64,000 nucleotides of DNA. Source: a bacterium. GTDB lineage: Bacteria; Zhuqueibacterota; Zhuqueibacteria; Residuimicrobiales; Krinioviventaceae. The stretch lies in assembly GCA_963674595.2 (NCBI GenBank), contig CAXXFV010000013.1, forward strand, positions 1-64,000, written 5' to 3'. A program made the translations under genes and the position numbers. This document shows positions 29,381 to 39,737 of the stretch, piece after piece. How positions within the stretch are numbered: the first letter of the stretch is position 1; every line of letters begins with the position of its first letter. The notes below the pieces were generated by a model, which ran no database searches, had not been told where the DNA came from, and saw nothing but the letters and a program-made list of their open reading frames with translations.

Positions 29381-31318
29381 TTATTTAACCAGCATCACCT
29401 TTTGCGTTTTCTGCACGTTCCCGGTCTGCATGCGGATGATATAGGTTCCTGTGGGCACATGGCTTCCGGCATGGTCTGTGGCGTTCCAGCAGACGTGATA
29501 ACGTCCGGCAGTCTGGTTACCGGCATGCAGCACCTTGAGCCGGCGGCCCAGCATGTCAAAAACAGCAATTTCAACATCCGAATCGTCTGCCAGGTTATAG
29601 CCGATGTATGTTTCCGGGTTAAAAGGATTGGGGTATGCCTTGTCCATGTCTGTGGTTTCAGGCAAAGCATCCACGGTTATGTTTACAGAAGCGATCATGC
29701 TCACCCGTCCGTCAACATTTACATCCGAAAGCCGGTAAAAATAGGCGGTCCCGGGATGAACGTTGGAATCGGTAAAGGTGTAATTCGCAACAGAAGAACT
29801 GGTACCCTGGCCGTTTAAAGCGCTGTGTGTTTTATAAGAAGCAACAGGTGCCCAGGAAGTTTGGTCCTGCGAACGTTCAAGAACAAATCCCAAATTATTG
29901 GTTTCACTTTCGGTGGTCCATTTTAGAATGACAGAAGCGCCTTGCTGCGTTGCCGAAAAACCGGACAATTGAACGGGCAAAGAAACGTCGCCGCTGGAAA
30001 GCGGATCATTGTTAATAGTCCCTGCAAGTGAACCGGTAACCAGCGTTAAACCGGCATTTTCAACAATCACGCCCTGCACCACACCGGTGGCGTCCCCGGC
30101 CACATCACAGGTAAGAAAATACCAGGCATCGCCGACACCAATGGCATTGGAGAATCCCGAAAAAGACACACTGCTGCCTTCACCCGGGTCGGCGGCAACA
30201 GTAGAGCCGAGCTGTGTGTCTGAACCGAATGAATTATTTGATGATTTCCACAATTTAAAATTGGTGGCCCCCGTACGCGCTCCGTTCAGTTTGATGGAAA
30301 CACCGGTCAGCGACGCGCCTGCCGTGGCAGCCGTCAACTGAAAACGGCCGATGGGCTGGTCCGTGTCACCTCTCGTTACACTGGGCGAAAAAGCGCTGCC
30401 GTTGGTAAAGGTCACGGATTCCGTTTCAAAACTTTGCACGGCCCCGTAACCCGTGCCGGCCGAATTGGTGGCATAGGCCCGGTAATAATACGTGGTGTTT
30501 GAGGACAAAGAGCCGATTGCCTCACTAAAACTGCCTGTCCCGGACCCGTTTCCGTCCTTGGTGATGCCGCTCTCCCACACCTCGGGATCGGTGCTGTCGG
30601 TGGTGGAATAGACCACGCCCCGGTCCAAAACGGTCAAGTTCCCGGCGGACGTCACATTTCCGCCAAGAGTGGCGGCCGTATACCCTATGGACGAAGCCGC
30701 CGTGGTGGTTACGGTGGGGACCGATACGGTGTTTTTGACGGTCAGCGTCGCCCACTCTTCAACGCCGTCCCAGGGGCGGTTGTCGTTCAAATATCCACCA
30801 TTCGGCTTGATGATGAAATAATATTCCGTGTTAAGGCTGGCATTGGCCGTGGCAACGATAGAGTATTCTAATTCATGGGAGCTGTTTCCGCTAAACTCAA
30901 AGCTCCTGTTGGGATTGGCCTCAATGAACGTGCCGCCGGCAAAGGGATTTTCATTGGGAAAATTCGGTTCATTGTTCATCACGTCCGCTTCTGTAAAATA
31001 ATCGGTAAGTGCGATATTAAAATGCGCCGATGCATTATTGTTCACCGCTGTCCAAACAGCGTCATTCGTATCTTTAACCGTAGAATAATACAAATCAATG
31101 TAATAACCGCCCGAAAAGGATTCTTCGTTTTCAATGCCGAGTCTCAACCTTATTTGCTGGCCCGGGGTAATGGTAATGGCCGTGTTGGTGGCGCCGGCCC
31201 AGTTTTCGTTACCGGGCTCGGCGTTGTCAAGACGCCACCGGTAGTTGGCCTGGCGAAGGTCCGCAAAAGCATGCGATGCCAAAAGGAAAACAAATAACAA
31301 AATTACAACTTTTTTCAT
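29381..31318 (-). CDS. Secreted surface protein with FN3-like region and C-terminal secretion/FlgD-Ig domain
   Basis: Signal peptide, TTYYYRAYATNSAGTGYG, SLPVQLSGF..WTTESETNNLGF, AYPNPFNP...QKVMLVK. Confidence 0.85.
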   Translation of the reverse strand: MKKVVILLFVFLLASHAFADLRQANYRWRLDNAEPGNENWAGATNTAITITPGQQIRLRLGIENEESFSGGYYIDLYYSTVKDTNDAVWTAVNNNASAHFNIALTDYFTEADVMNNEPNFPNENPFAGGTFIEANPNRSFEFSGNSSHELEYSIVATANASLNTEYYFIIKPNGGYLNDNRPWDGVEEWATLTVKNTVSVPTVTTTAASSIGYTAATLGGNVTSAGNLTVLDRGVVYSTTDSTDPEVWESGITKDGNGSGTGSFSEAIGSLSSNTTYYYRAYATNSAGTGYGAVQSFETESVTFTNGSAFSPSVTRGDTDQPIGRFQLTAATAGASLTGVSIKLNGARTGATNFKLWKSSNNSFGSDTQLGSTVAADPGEGSSVSFSGFSNAIGVGDAWYFLTCDVAGDATGVVQGVIVENAGLTLVTGSLAGTINNDPLSSGDVSLPVQLSGFSATQQGASVILKWTTESETNNLGFVLERSQDQTSWAPVASYKTHSALNGQGTSSSVANYTFTDSNVHPGTAYFYRLSDVNVDGRVSMIASVNITVDALPETTDMDKAYPNPFNPETYIGYNLADDSDVEIAVFDMLGRRLKVLHAGNQTAGRYHVCWNATDHAGSHVPTGTYIIRMQTGNVQKTQKVMLVK

Positions 31319-31395
31319 TACTCAAACCTCCTGTTGGAGTGATATGAATGGATTATCCACGTCAAAAACAACCGATTATTTTCTCCATGGAACTG

Positions 31396-32928
31396 TTAGT
31401 TACCGTGTTTCATTTTTCTATTAAACAAAAAAGCTGAAATCAAAATAAAAATACCCGCCCAAATCATCCAGTCGCCCAGGGTTTGATACAATGTCGTCCG
31501 GGTCCCGGGCGTCAGCTCAACATCAATACATGAAGGAAGAGTTGAAACATGGCGTTTTATTATTTTACCATTTCCTTCTATCAGCCCGGCAATCCCCCGG
31601 TTGCTGTTTACAACCACGTTTTTACCTGTTTCCACGGCCCGCATTCGTGCATAGTAAAAATGGTGTTTAACCAGGTGGGTACCTTCAAACCAGGCGTCGT
31701 TACTCATATTTACCAAAAAATCGGCTCCCATTTTTACCGCCTTATGGGACTGGTAAGGCAGCAAAGACTCGTTGCAAATCAGCACGCCGATTTTGCCGAA
31801 AGACGTATTTAGCAGCCGGATGTCTGACCCGGCCAAAACATTGTTGTGAACACCTTGCGACAGAAAAGGCACTCTCAGCGATGGACTGAGCAAAGGTTTT
31901 TCTATAAACGAAAGCAGGTCCACCTTGTCATACCTTGATGTGACCCTGCCATCCGGTTCAATATAATAAGCGGAATTATAAACCTTGCCGGGGTCCCCTT
32001 CAGCCTCACTCAAAGAACCAAGGATGTGTCCCGCTTTCGATTCATAGGTAATTTGCAAAATCATATGTAAAAGATCGTCGTCCGTTCGAAAGGTCCAGGG
32101 CAGGGCCGTCTCCGACCACAGGATAATATCGGGATGTTTCTTTACAGCCTGGCGGTTGAGATTAAAATAAATGGCTGCCAGCGAGTCACCGGTGGATGCC
32201 TGCCATTTTGTTTCGGCTTTCATATTTTCCTGAAGAATGGCTATTTTTACGGGCTTGCTTTTCTCATTTGACGGATTGGACGCAATAAACCCGAATCCAT
32301 AAAAAAGCAAAACCAGTCCCGCCCCGATAACAGCAACGGAACACTGCTTTTTCACGATAGCATAAACAAAAAGATAATTGACCGCCATAATAACAGCCGA
32401 TATCCCCCACTGTCCCGTAACCGCAGCCAGTTGAATGCCGTTAAGGTTTGATGCCTGTGTGAACCCGAGAGAGTATTTCAGCCAGGGCATTCCGGGCAGC
32501 AGATTCATACGCAGCCATTCGCACAGAATCCAGATGGCGCCCGCCAATATTATTTGAAGGACCAGGGAAGATTTTATATGCTCTTTTTTACCAAAAAACC
32601 AGGTAAAAACAACGGCAAATAGCGCCGGAAAAAACGCGTAATAGAGCACCGCCGCCATCCAGATAGGCACGCCCAAAAGGGTCTGGCTGCCGCTGTAGCG
32701 TTGGGTGCTTGCTGTAATCCAGAACAATAGCACACTTGCTTCGGTAATCCCGAACAACCACCCGTAAAAAAAGGCCTTTTTGGGAGGCTGTGAAAGCAAT
32801 ACGGACAAAAGCGGGACCAGGGCGATCCAGATCAGCCAAAACCACACATGATAAATGGAAATGCTAACCATAATACCGGACAGGATGACCATGAAAATAT
32901 TATGGTATTTTTGCGGAACAAAAGGCAT
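31396..32928 (-). CDS. lnt: Apolipoprotein N-acyltransferase (Lnt family)
   Basis: Multi-TM plus nitrilase fold: WSETA (E), YNSA, YDKVDL (K), LICNES (C), SNDAWF, RMRAVETG. Confidence 0.85.
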   Translation of the reverse strand: MPFVPQKYHNIFMVILSGIMVSISIYHVWFWLIWIALVPLLSVLLSQPPKKAFFYGWLFGITEASVLLFWITASTQRYSGSQTLLGVPIWMAAVLYYAFFPALFAVVFTWFFGKKEHIKSSLVLQIILAGAIWILCEWLRMNLLPGMPWLKYSLGFTQASNLNGIQLAAVTGQWGISAVIMAVNYLFVYAIVKKQCSVAVIGAGLVLLFYGFGFIASNPSNEKSKPVKIAILQENMKAETKWQASTGDSLAAIYFNLNRQAVKKHPDIILWSETALPWTFRTDDDLLHMILQITYESKAGHILGSLSEAEGDPGKVYNSAYYIEPDGRVTSRYDKVDLLSFIEKPLLSPSLRVPFLSQGVHNNVLAGSDIRLLNTSFGKIGVLICNESLLPYQSHKAVKMGADFLVNMSNDAWFEGTHLVKHHFYYARMRAVETGKNVVVNSNRGIAGLIEGNGKIIKRHVSTLPSCIDVELTPGTRTTLYQTLGDWMIWAGIFILISAFLFNRKMKHGN

Positions 32929-33092
32929 GAACGATCTCCCTCGCAGCATTTTGTTTGGAATTTAATAACACTGGTCAAGTCACAGTATGGACCCTTGATC
33001 CGTCATTTAATTGATATAAAAGTATATGGCGTTTGCAGAAATATCTTATTACCAGGTGCTGAACATAAACACAATATTCCACTTGAAACAAT

Positions 33093-33270
33093 CAGGAATA
33101 TGATGACAGCCAAACGTAATCACTTCCTTGTGTATGCTTTTGAAACCCGTACTTGTAAAAGGTGGTAAATCAGTCAGGGACCTCAAAAAATTAATGCTCG
33201 ACCAGGTTGTATAAAAAACAGTCCCTTAAAACTGACAGACAATAATACAAACTTTCTTAAACTGCTGCAA
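33093..33270 (-). promoter_or_regulatory. Conserved promoter plus structured leader element, copy C (divergent)
   Basis: TTGCAG (33265-33270)-N17-TATTAT (33242-33247); GTCAG..AGGGAC...GTCCCT..CTGAT-TTACC; AGGAAGTGAT..ATCATATTCCTG. Confidence 0.65.
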
Positions 33271-33354
33271 GCTGTTTTTAAAAAATTTTTAGCCGGCAGT
33301 TGTAAATATTGCGCTTAGTGTGGGTGTTGGGTAATTTCCAGGTCAGCAAAATGT

Positions 33355-33600
33355 CCGGGCGATCAATTGATATATGCAGGGGTTAAAAATTTAAAATCCC
33401 CATGGTTTACTTTATTCAGAACACAGGCATCGTAGAGACGCACGGCCGTGCGTCTCTACAACTTTGCTTAAGGTCCGGGCCTTGATCGGAACCGAAACAC
33501 AAATCAAAACACGTCATTCCTGCGAAACAGGAATCCAGAAATTTTACGGAACGTCTTTGTGACCTCTGCAGCTCTAAAACTAATTTTTTGCTCGCAATTG
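33355..33600. repeat. Intergenic REP-like palindrome mosaic
   Basis: GCAGGGGTTAAAAATTTAAAATCCCC, GTAGAGACGCACGGCCGTGCGTCTCTAC; similar block at 63175-63265. Confidence 0.8.
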
Positions 33601-33628
33601 GAACACTCTAGGCGGGTAAAAAGTCAGT

Positions 33629-34885
33629 TTACTTAAGCAGGATCATTTTTTTAATCACACTCGTACCGCCACCGTCCAGACGATAGAAATATGTTCCTGA
33701 AGATAAATTCCGAGCATCAAACAACACCTGATGTGTACCGGCCTGACAGTGACCGTCCAACAATACCGCAACCTTTTGTCCACTCATGTTGTAAACCTGG
33801 AGGCTGTAATGATCGTTTTTTGCCGCCTGGAAGGTGATTTTTGTGGCCGGATTAAATGGATTTGGATAATTTTGTTGTAAAACAAAATCCGTAAAAAGTT
33901 CACTATCGATTTGTTCAATTCCTGCCGTGCTTCCTGAATAAGTATACGCGGATAGTAATCCACCACCATTAGTGGTAAAAATAGTACCGCTAGATGAAAC
34001 AGCAACGCTTATGGGATAACCATCCTCAATGTTTGCAGTATTGGTAAAACCGGAACCATCAAAAGTATAAGCACGCAGGCCATTATTACTATTAGCAAGA
34101 AAAATTGTACCATCTGATGAAATTGCGGCATCAATTGTACGGCCAATATCAGTCTGAGTGATTTGAGTAAAAGAAACACCATCATACGTGTACGCACACA
34201 AACCTCCGGCGTCACCATTTGAAAGAAATACAGTACCATCTGATGAAACTATCACACTATGGGCGTCACTTTCTCCGTCACCAATATTTGCTGTTTTAGA
34301 AAACGTAGAACCATCAAATGAGAATGCAATTAAACCATTCGATTCTATAGCAATAAAAACTGTATTGTCAGAAGAAACAGTTAATCCAGTAGCATAAATA
34401 TCATAATTTAATATTTCAGTTATTTTATTAAAAGAGGAGCCATTATAACTAAATGCATATAATCTTGAAGACTCACCGGCAGTAAATACTGTGCCGTCAG
34501 CCGATACAGCTATATCTTTGGCATGAAAACCTTGCGCGGATGCTGTGTTGGTAAAAGAATTTCCATTATATGTAAAGGCATGAATGCCCCCATCACCGCT
34601 TGCAGTAAAAACCGAACCGTCAAAAGAAACAGTGACTGCCAAAATTTCTATTCCATCCAAATTAATATGGGCGGTATTGGTAAAGGTCGTTCCATCAAAC
34701 GTATAGGCACGCAGACCATCATAACCGTTAGCAATAAAAACAGTACCGTCCGAAGAAACAGCTACATCATATGCCTGACCATCGACATTGATAGCAGCGG
34801 TATTGGTAAAGGTGTGAGGTAGCTGACAATAAACCAGGTTGTACCCCAAAAAAACAAACAATAATAGTAAAGCGCTTTTTTTCAT
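33629..34885 (-). CDS. Secreted beta-propeller repeat protein with C-terminal secretion domain
   Basis: Seven ~42-aa repeats VSSDGTVF.A....GL.AY.FDG..F; LQQNYPNPFNP...KKMILLK. Confidence 0.88.
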   Translation of the reverse strand: MKKSALLLLFVFLGYNLVYCQLPHTFTNTAAINVDGQAYDVAVSSDGTVFIANGYDGLRAYTFDGTTFTNTAHINLDGIEILAVTVSFDGSVFTASGDGGIHAFTYNGNSFTNTASAQGFHAKDIAVSADGTVFTAGESSRLYAFSYNGSSFNKITEILNYDIYATGLTVSSDNTVFIAIESNGLIAFSFDGSTFSKTANIGDGESDAHSVIVSSDGTVFLSNGDAGGLCAYTYDGVSFTQITQTDIGRTIDAAISSDGTIFLANSNNGLRAYTFDGSGFTNTANIEDGYPISVAVSSSGTIFTTNGGGLLSAYTYSGSTAGIEQIDSELFTDFVLQQNYPNPFNPATKITFQAAKNDHYSLQVYNMSGQKVAVLLDGHCQAGTHQVLFDARNLSSGTYFYRLDGGGTSVIKKMILLK

Positions 34886-34984
34886 TTTACCTCCTTTTTA
34901 AATTGAAAAGATTTATCAGGATTATTTTAATTTATATATAATTTGCCGTTGCCATTATATCCTGGTCATATAACAAAATCGGGT

Positions 34985-35139
34985 AATCTCTTCCTTACAA
35001 GTATTTTAAATCCCGATATTTTAAAAAAAGTGGTAAATCAGTCAAGGTTGTCAGGAGGCCCCGTGCGTGACCAAATTGTCCTGAAAATCGTCCTTTTGTC
35101 TGATAAAATAATTATACAAATTAAATAAAATCAAGGCAA
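34985..35139 (-). promoter_or_regulatory. Conserved promoter plus structured leader element, copy D
   Basis: TTGCCT (35134-35139)-N17-TATAAT (35111-35116); ATCAG..AAGG..TCAGGA..TCCTGA..CCTT..CTGAT-TTACC; AGGAAGAGATT. Confidence 0.75.
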
Positions 35140-35189
35140 GATATTTTTGAAAAATTTTGAAAATAATATTTACCCATCCTCAAATTCTT

Positions 35190-35560
35190 TATCTTCTCAC
35201 AATGTTCACAAAGCTCACAAAGGATGATTTAAATTGTTATTTCTTTGTGTACCTTGTGTACTTTGTGAGGGTTTATATTAACCAGGACATTTGGCCCTGT
35301 TGAAAATGTAAAGTTACCTTTTTTGAATATTGTCGTTTAATCTCGATTTTGTAAAAAATTCAGGACAGACTAATTCTCCGCTCGCAGGGGACATACATTC
35401 CCCTGCGGAACCAATGAAACCGGGATTTTATCCCAAATGGAAACAAATTCTCCTGCTTGAAACCCGGGCCTTGAGCGGAGTCGAAAGGCCGCTCAGGGTA
35501 GCACCCGATTGAAACCCGTCTACACGTCATCCCGGGCGGTGTCGAGGGAACACTCAGCAG
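35190..35560. repeat. Intergenic REP-like palindrome mosaic
   Basis: About 235 bp near-identical to 47857-48092, plus CCGGGCCTTGAGCGGAGTCGAAAGGCC. Confidence 0.9.
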
Positions 35561-35871
35561 CTCTCCCCCACTCTGCATTTGCCTTTTGTTTAAAAATTAC
35601 GTATCTTTTATTCAGATACTCGCCCCCTATTCATTCATGTTCATACCAGGTGTACACGTTCAATGCACCCGGTTGATATATGGATAAAAGTGTACAATAA
35701 TTTAAATTTTTATTATTCCAGATCAAACAAAATGTTGATTGTCCCTCGCCAGGCGATCGTTTCATTGGTTAACGAATGTAAAAATAAGGATAAACATAAT
35801 TTGCCGGTACTCATAACGACAAGAATTATCCTGATATCATTATCATGTTCGCTTATTCGATGGAGGTGTTA

Positions 35872-36867
35872 ATGAAAACGATAATCCTCAGGTTGTGCAT
35901 CATCATAATAATGGCGAATGTAATAGTATTTGCAGATACCGGTTCAGGAGCATCTGATTCCGGCTTTTTAACGTCCTTGCCGCCGGCACCGCCGAATTTG
36001 AAACAGCCTTTTAACAGTCAGCAATCGGTCCAGGCTCCTGTAAACTTTTTATGGGACCGCCTTTTACATGCTGCCTCCTACAATATTCAGGTTTCACTCT
36101 CTGACAGCCTTGATGATCCTATTGTAAACCAGGACGCCCTTTCCGATACGTTTTATACTCTCACTGATCTTGATCGTAATTCAAAATATTACTGGCACGT
36201 GTGCGCCGTAAATGTGGCCGGTACAGGAAATTTTTCACCAACCTGGGATTTTACGACCATCGGAGATGAACCCGGTATACCGGAATTATCCTCACCGGAA
36301 AACGCGGCACAGGGGATTTCAATCAGTACCGATTTAATATGGAACTCTGTGCCTGGCGCCGAAACCTATACGTTGCAGGTTTCCACACTTCCCGATTTTT
36401 CTTCTCTTACCATTGAAAAAACTGAAACCAATGATACCCTGTGCACGGCTGAAAATCTTGTCATCAATACGCTTTATTTTTGGCGTGTTAATGCAAAAAA
36501 TTCGGTTGGAACAAGCGCCTGGTCATCCGTTTGGATGTTTACTACAGGCGCAACATCGGTTGACAATTCAAAAACCGGTCAGCTCCCGGAGAATTTTGCA
36601 CTGTTACCGATCTATCCCAATCCTTTTAATGGCAGGACCTCGATAACGTTTGAGCTTCCCCGGGCTGCCAATGTATCCATCATCATTTATAACAGCATCG
36701 GTCAGGTTTTTTACAAGGCGGCAGCAGGATATTATCCGGCAGGGCGCCATACAATCCACTGGAACGGATACAGCAGTTCCGGAGAGAGTGCCACCAGCGG
36801 CCAATATATATGCCGTTTTCAGGCACAAAATCACATCATGATACAGAAAATGCTGCTAGTTCGATAA
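35872..36867 (+). CDS. Secreted protein with two FN3-like domains and C-terminal FlgD-Ig/secretion domain
   Basis: GGAGG RBS; YYWHV.A.N..G...S.TW.FTT x2; IYPNPFN...QKMLLVR. Confidence 0.85.
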   Translation: MKTIILRLCIIIIMANVIVFADTGSGASDSGFLTSLPPAPPNLKQPFNSQQSVQAPVNFLWDRLLHAASYNIQVSLSDSLDDPIVNQDALSDTFYTLTDLDRNSKYYWHVCAVNVAGTGNFSPTWDFTTIGDEPGIPELSSPENAAQGISISTDLIWNSVPGAETYTLQVSTLPDFSSLTIEKTETNDTLCTAENLVINTLYFWRVNAKNSVGTSAWSSVWMFTTGATSVDNSKTGQLPENFALLPIYPNPFNGRTSITFELPRAANVSIIIYNSIGQVFYKAAAGYYPAGRHTIHWNGYSSSGESATSGQYICRFQAQNHIMIQKMLLVR

Positions 36868-36921
36868 ATGAAATAAAAATGCTGCATTAACATCAAAACA
36901 ATCAATTCAAAAAAGGCAGAT

Positions 36922-39024
36922 ATGAAAACATTCATAAAATGCTTCTTTGTTTTAATAACCTGGGGGACATTGTTTTCTCAAACAAATAATGTACCTGTGA
37001 TTGAAAATGTACGATTCATACAGCACACTGACGGAACATTGCTGGTGGACATATATTACGATGTTTTGGACGCTGATGGGAACACGCTTGAAATTAAAGT
37101 TGAGGCTTCTAACGATAACGGCGCCAGTTGGACATTGCCGTGCAGCACATTAAGCGGTGATGTTGGCTCCGGCATAAGTTCCGGCCAGAATAAACATGTG
37201 TTGTGGGATTTTTACGCAGACAATCCTCTTATCAGCGGCTATAGTTTTCGTATTCGCATCACGGCAGATGACAATAAACATACGCTCTTTACCAGCATCA
37301 GTCCTGCCGGTTCAGGCAGCATAAGCCGCAATCCCGATCAATATGTCTTTGATCACAACGAAACCGTCACCTTAACGGCAACGGCAAATGCCGGATATCT
37401 GTTTGATTACTGGGTAGGAGATGTGGCCGACAGCACCAATCCGAAAACATTAATCATGGACAGCACGAAAAGTGTCACCGCTCATTTTACACAATCCGGC
37501 GCCCATGTCATAGTTACCTCTCCCAACGGCGGTGAAAATTATGACACCAATGACACCATGCCGGTGCGGTGGGATTATTCGCCGGATTCGGGCGACAGTG
37601 TATGGATTGATTTATATAAAGGCGGACAGTTTTACAAACGCCTCAATGACGGGCAGGATGTCGGCAATGACGGTGATCACGACGAGCATATAGCCGATGA
37701 CATTGAATCAGGGTTCGATTACCGCGTACGCATCACCAGTACAGCCGATTCAAGCATCAACGATGAAAGTGATGATAATTTCACCATCACTCAGCCAACT
37801 CCCGCCTATATAACCGTCACCTCTCCCAACGGCGGGGAAACCTTTAATATCGATGACACCATGCCGGTGCGATGGAATTATTCGCCGGATTCGGGCACAA
37901 GAGTGTGGATTGATTTATATAAAGGCAGTCAGTTTTACAAACGATTTAAAGGCGGGCAGGATGTCGCTAATGACGGCAATCACGACGAAATTATAACCGA
38001 TGATATTCAATCAGGGTCCGATTTCCGTGTACGCGTCACCAGTACATCCAATTCAAGCATCAACGATGAAAGTGATAATAATTTCATCATCACCCAGACC
38101 GCTGCCGCCTATATAACCGTTGCCTCGCCCAACGGCGGGGAAACCTTTAAAGTCGGTGACACTATGCCGATACGATGGAATCATTCGCCGGATTCAGGCG
38201 ACAGAGTATGGATTGATTTATATAAAGACGGACAGTTTTATAAACGCCTCAAAAACGGTCAGGATGTCGATAATGACGGCAGCCACGACGAAATTCTGAC
38301 CAGTGAATTTCAACTGGATGAAAATTATCGTGTCCGTATTACGAGCACCTCGAATTACAGCATCCGGGATGAGAGCAACCAGGATTTTACAATTGCACAG
38401 GGACCGCCATACGAAATCGGCTCAGTCACCGACATCGATGGCAATATCTATAAAACCGTAAAAATCGGCACCCAATGGTGGATGATGGAGAACCTGAAAG
38501 CAGAGCACTATCGTAATGGCGAATCCATACCTAACATTACGAACGCTGGTGAATGGAAAAGCCTGAATAACGGCGCCTGGTGTGTTTATGATAATGATGA
38601 GACCTATGCAGACACCTATGGCTATTTATACAATTGGTATGCGGCGATAGATATCCGTAACCTTGCGCCGACGGGCTGGCATGTGCCGACAGATGACGAA
38701 TGGCAAATTTTGACAGATTACCTGGGCGGCAGTGCCACCGCAGGCGGGATGATTAAGATGACCGGTACTGTTGGAGACGGCACCGGACTGTGGCTTTCGC
38801 CAAACCTTGGAGCAACAAATGAAAGCGGCTTTTCCGCGTTGCCTGGCGGGCATCGTACCAGCAATGGAGACTTTAACAATATAAAAAGTTATGCGATCTT
38901 TTGGACCTCTACTGAATACACTAACTATGCGTGGCGGCGGGTCCTGTATTATAATGATGCCACTATCAGCCGTACCTACATTTATAAGGGAATGGGATTT
39001 TCAGTTCGCTGCGTCAAGGATTAG
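36922..39024 (+). CDS. Secreted protein with InlB-B-like repeat, three SPNGGE (Kre9/GPI-anchor-like) domains and C-terminal FISUMP domain
   Basis: 303-bp unit x3 (37522, 37825, 38128); TDIDGNIYKTVKIGTQWWMMENL, YGYLYNWYA, GWHVPT, GFSVRCVKD. Confidence 0.9.
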   Translation: MKTFIKCFFVLITWGTLFSQTNNVPVIENVRFIQHTDGTLLVDIYYDVLDADGNTLEIKVEASNDNGASWTLPCSTLSGDVGSGISSGQNKHVLWDFYADNPLISGYSFRIRITADDNKHTLFTSISPAGSGSISRNPDQYVFDHNETVTLTATANAGYLFDYWVGDVADSTNPKTLIMDSTKSVTAHFTQSGAHVIVTSPNGGENYDTNDTMPVRWDYSPDSGDSVWIDLYKGGQFYKRLNDGQDVGNDGDHDEHIADDIESGFDYRVRITSTADSSINDESDDNFTITQPTPAYITVTSPNGGETFNIDDTMPVRWNYSPDSGTRVWIDLYKGSQFYKRFKGGQDVANDGNHDEIITDDIQSGSDFRVRVTSTSNSSINDESDNNFIITQTAAAYITVASPNGGETFKVGDTMPIRWNHSPDSGDRVWIDLYKDGQFYKRLKNGQDVDNDGSHDEILTSEFQLDENYRVRITSTSNYSIRDESNQDFTIAQGPPYEIGSVTDIDGNIYKTVKIGTQWWMMENLKAEHYRNGESIPNITNAGEWKSLNNGAWCVYDNDETYADTYGYLYNWYAAIDIRNLAPTGWHVPTDDEWQILTDYLGGSATAGGMIKMTGTVGDGTGLWLSPNLGATNESGFSALPGGHRTSNGDFNNIKSYAIFWTSTEYTNYAWRRVLYYNDATISRTYIYKGMGFSVRCVKD

Positions 39025-39064
39025 GCTTTAAATCAAGCTGACACCCTTTGACAATAACATATGA

Positions 39065-39730
39065 CGCTGTTGGTGGGGCAATTCATGAATTATCCTTACG
39101 TCATCCCGAGCGGAGTCGAGGGATGTTCAGCGACATCTCGCCCCATGATCCCGAGTGTTAACGAGGGATGTTCAGCGACATCTCGCCCCATGATCCCGAG
39201 TGTTAACGAGGGATGCCTGCTCACAGAGGATTTGCAATCCCCTGCGCAACCAATGAAACCGGGATTTTATCCCCAATGCCAAAAATTCAATTTCTGCGAA
39301 AACCCGCCATCGTACATCTAAAACAAAAAAACCAAATGTCATGCTGGAAGCATCTTCCCGACTTTTAATCTACTCTTAATTCCGGCAAGATTCTTCCGGA
39401 ATGACAGAGTGAAAAATTCGTTAAACAAACCAGGGCATCTGCCCTGATCCATTCTCAAAAAACGGGACCATATTAATATTTACATTACAAAACCTCAAGT
39501 TAATTTGCGCCCTGGGAAATTTCAAGAATCAGCAGAATCATTGGACGATCAATTAATATGTGTAGGGGTTAAAAATTTTTAACCCCTACATGGTTTGACC
39601 GTCTTAAAATTTCACTTTGGTAAGTTCAATAAATTTGACATACCCCTTGTTCACCCTCTGAAAACGTTCCCGAATCAGACCCGGTCCGTGAGCGGAGCCG
39701 AAAGGCCGCTCCAGGTGACACCACACAACA
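39065..39730. repeat. Intergenic REP-like mosaic including a 45-bp tandem duplication
   Basis: GAGGGATGTTCAGCGACATCTCGCCCCATGATCCCGAGTGTTAAC x2 (39118-39207); GTAGGGGTTAAAAATTTTTAACCCCTAC and other modules. Confidence 0.85.
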
Positions 39731-39737
39731 TCGCCCC

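Noticed and set aside
38400-39024. FISUMP C-terminus as a diversity-generating retroelement target
   Set aside because: I saw no template repeat or reverse transcriptase in the window.
39100-39215. Possible mini CRISPR array
   Set aside because: The would-be spacers are identical, so this is a tandem duplication. No cas genes are present.
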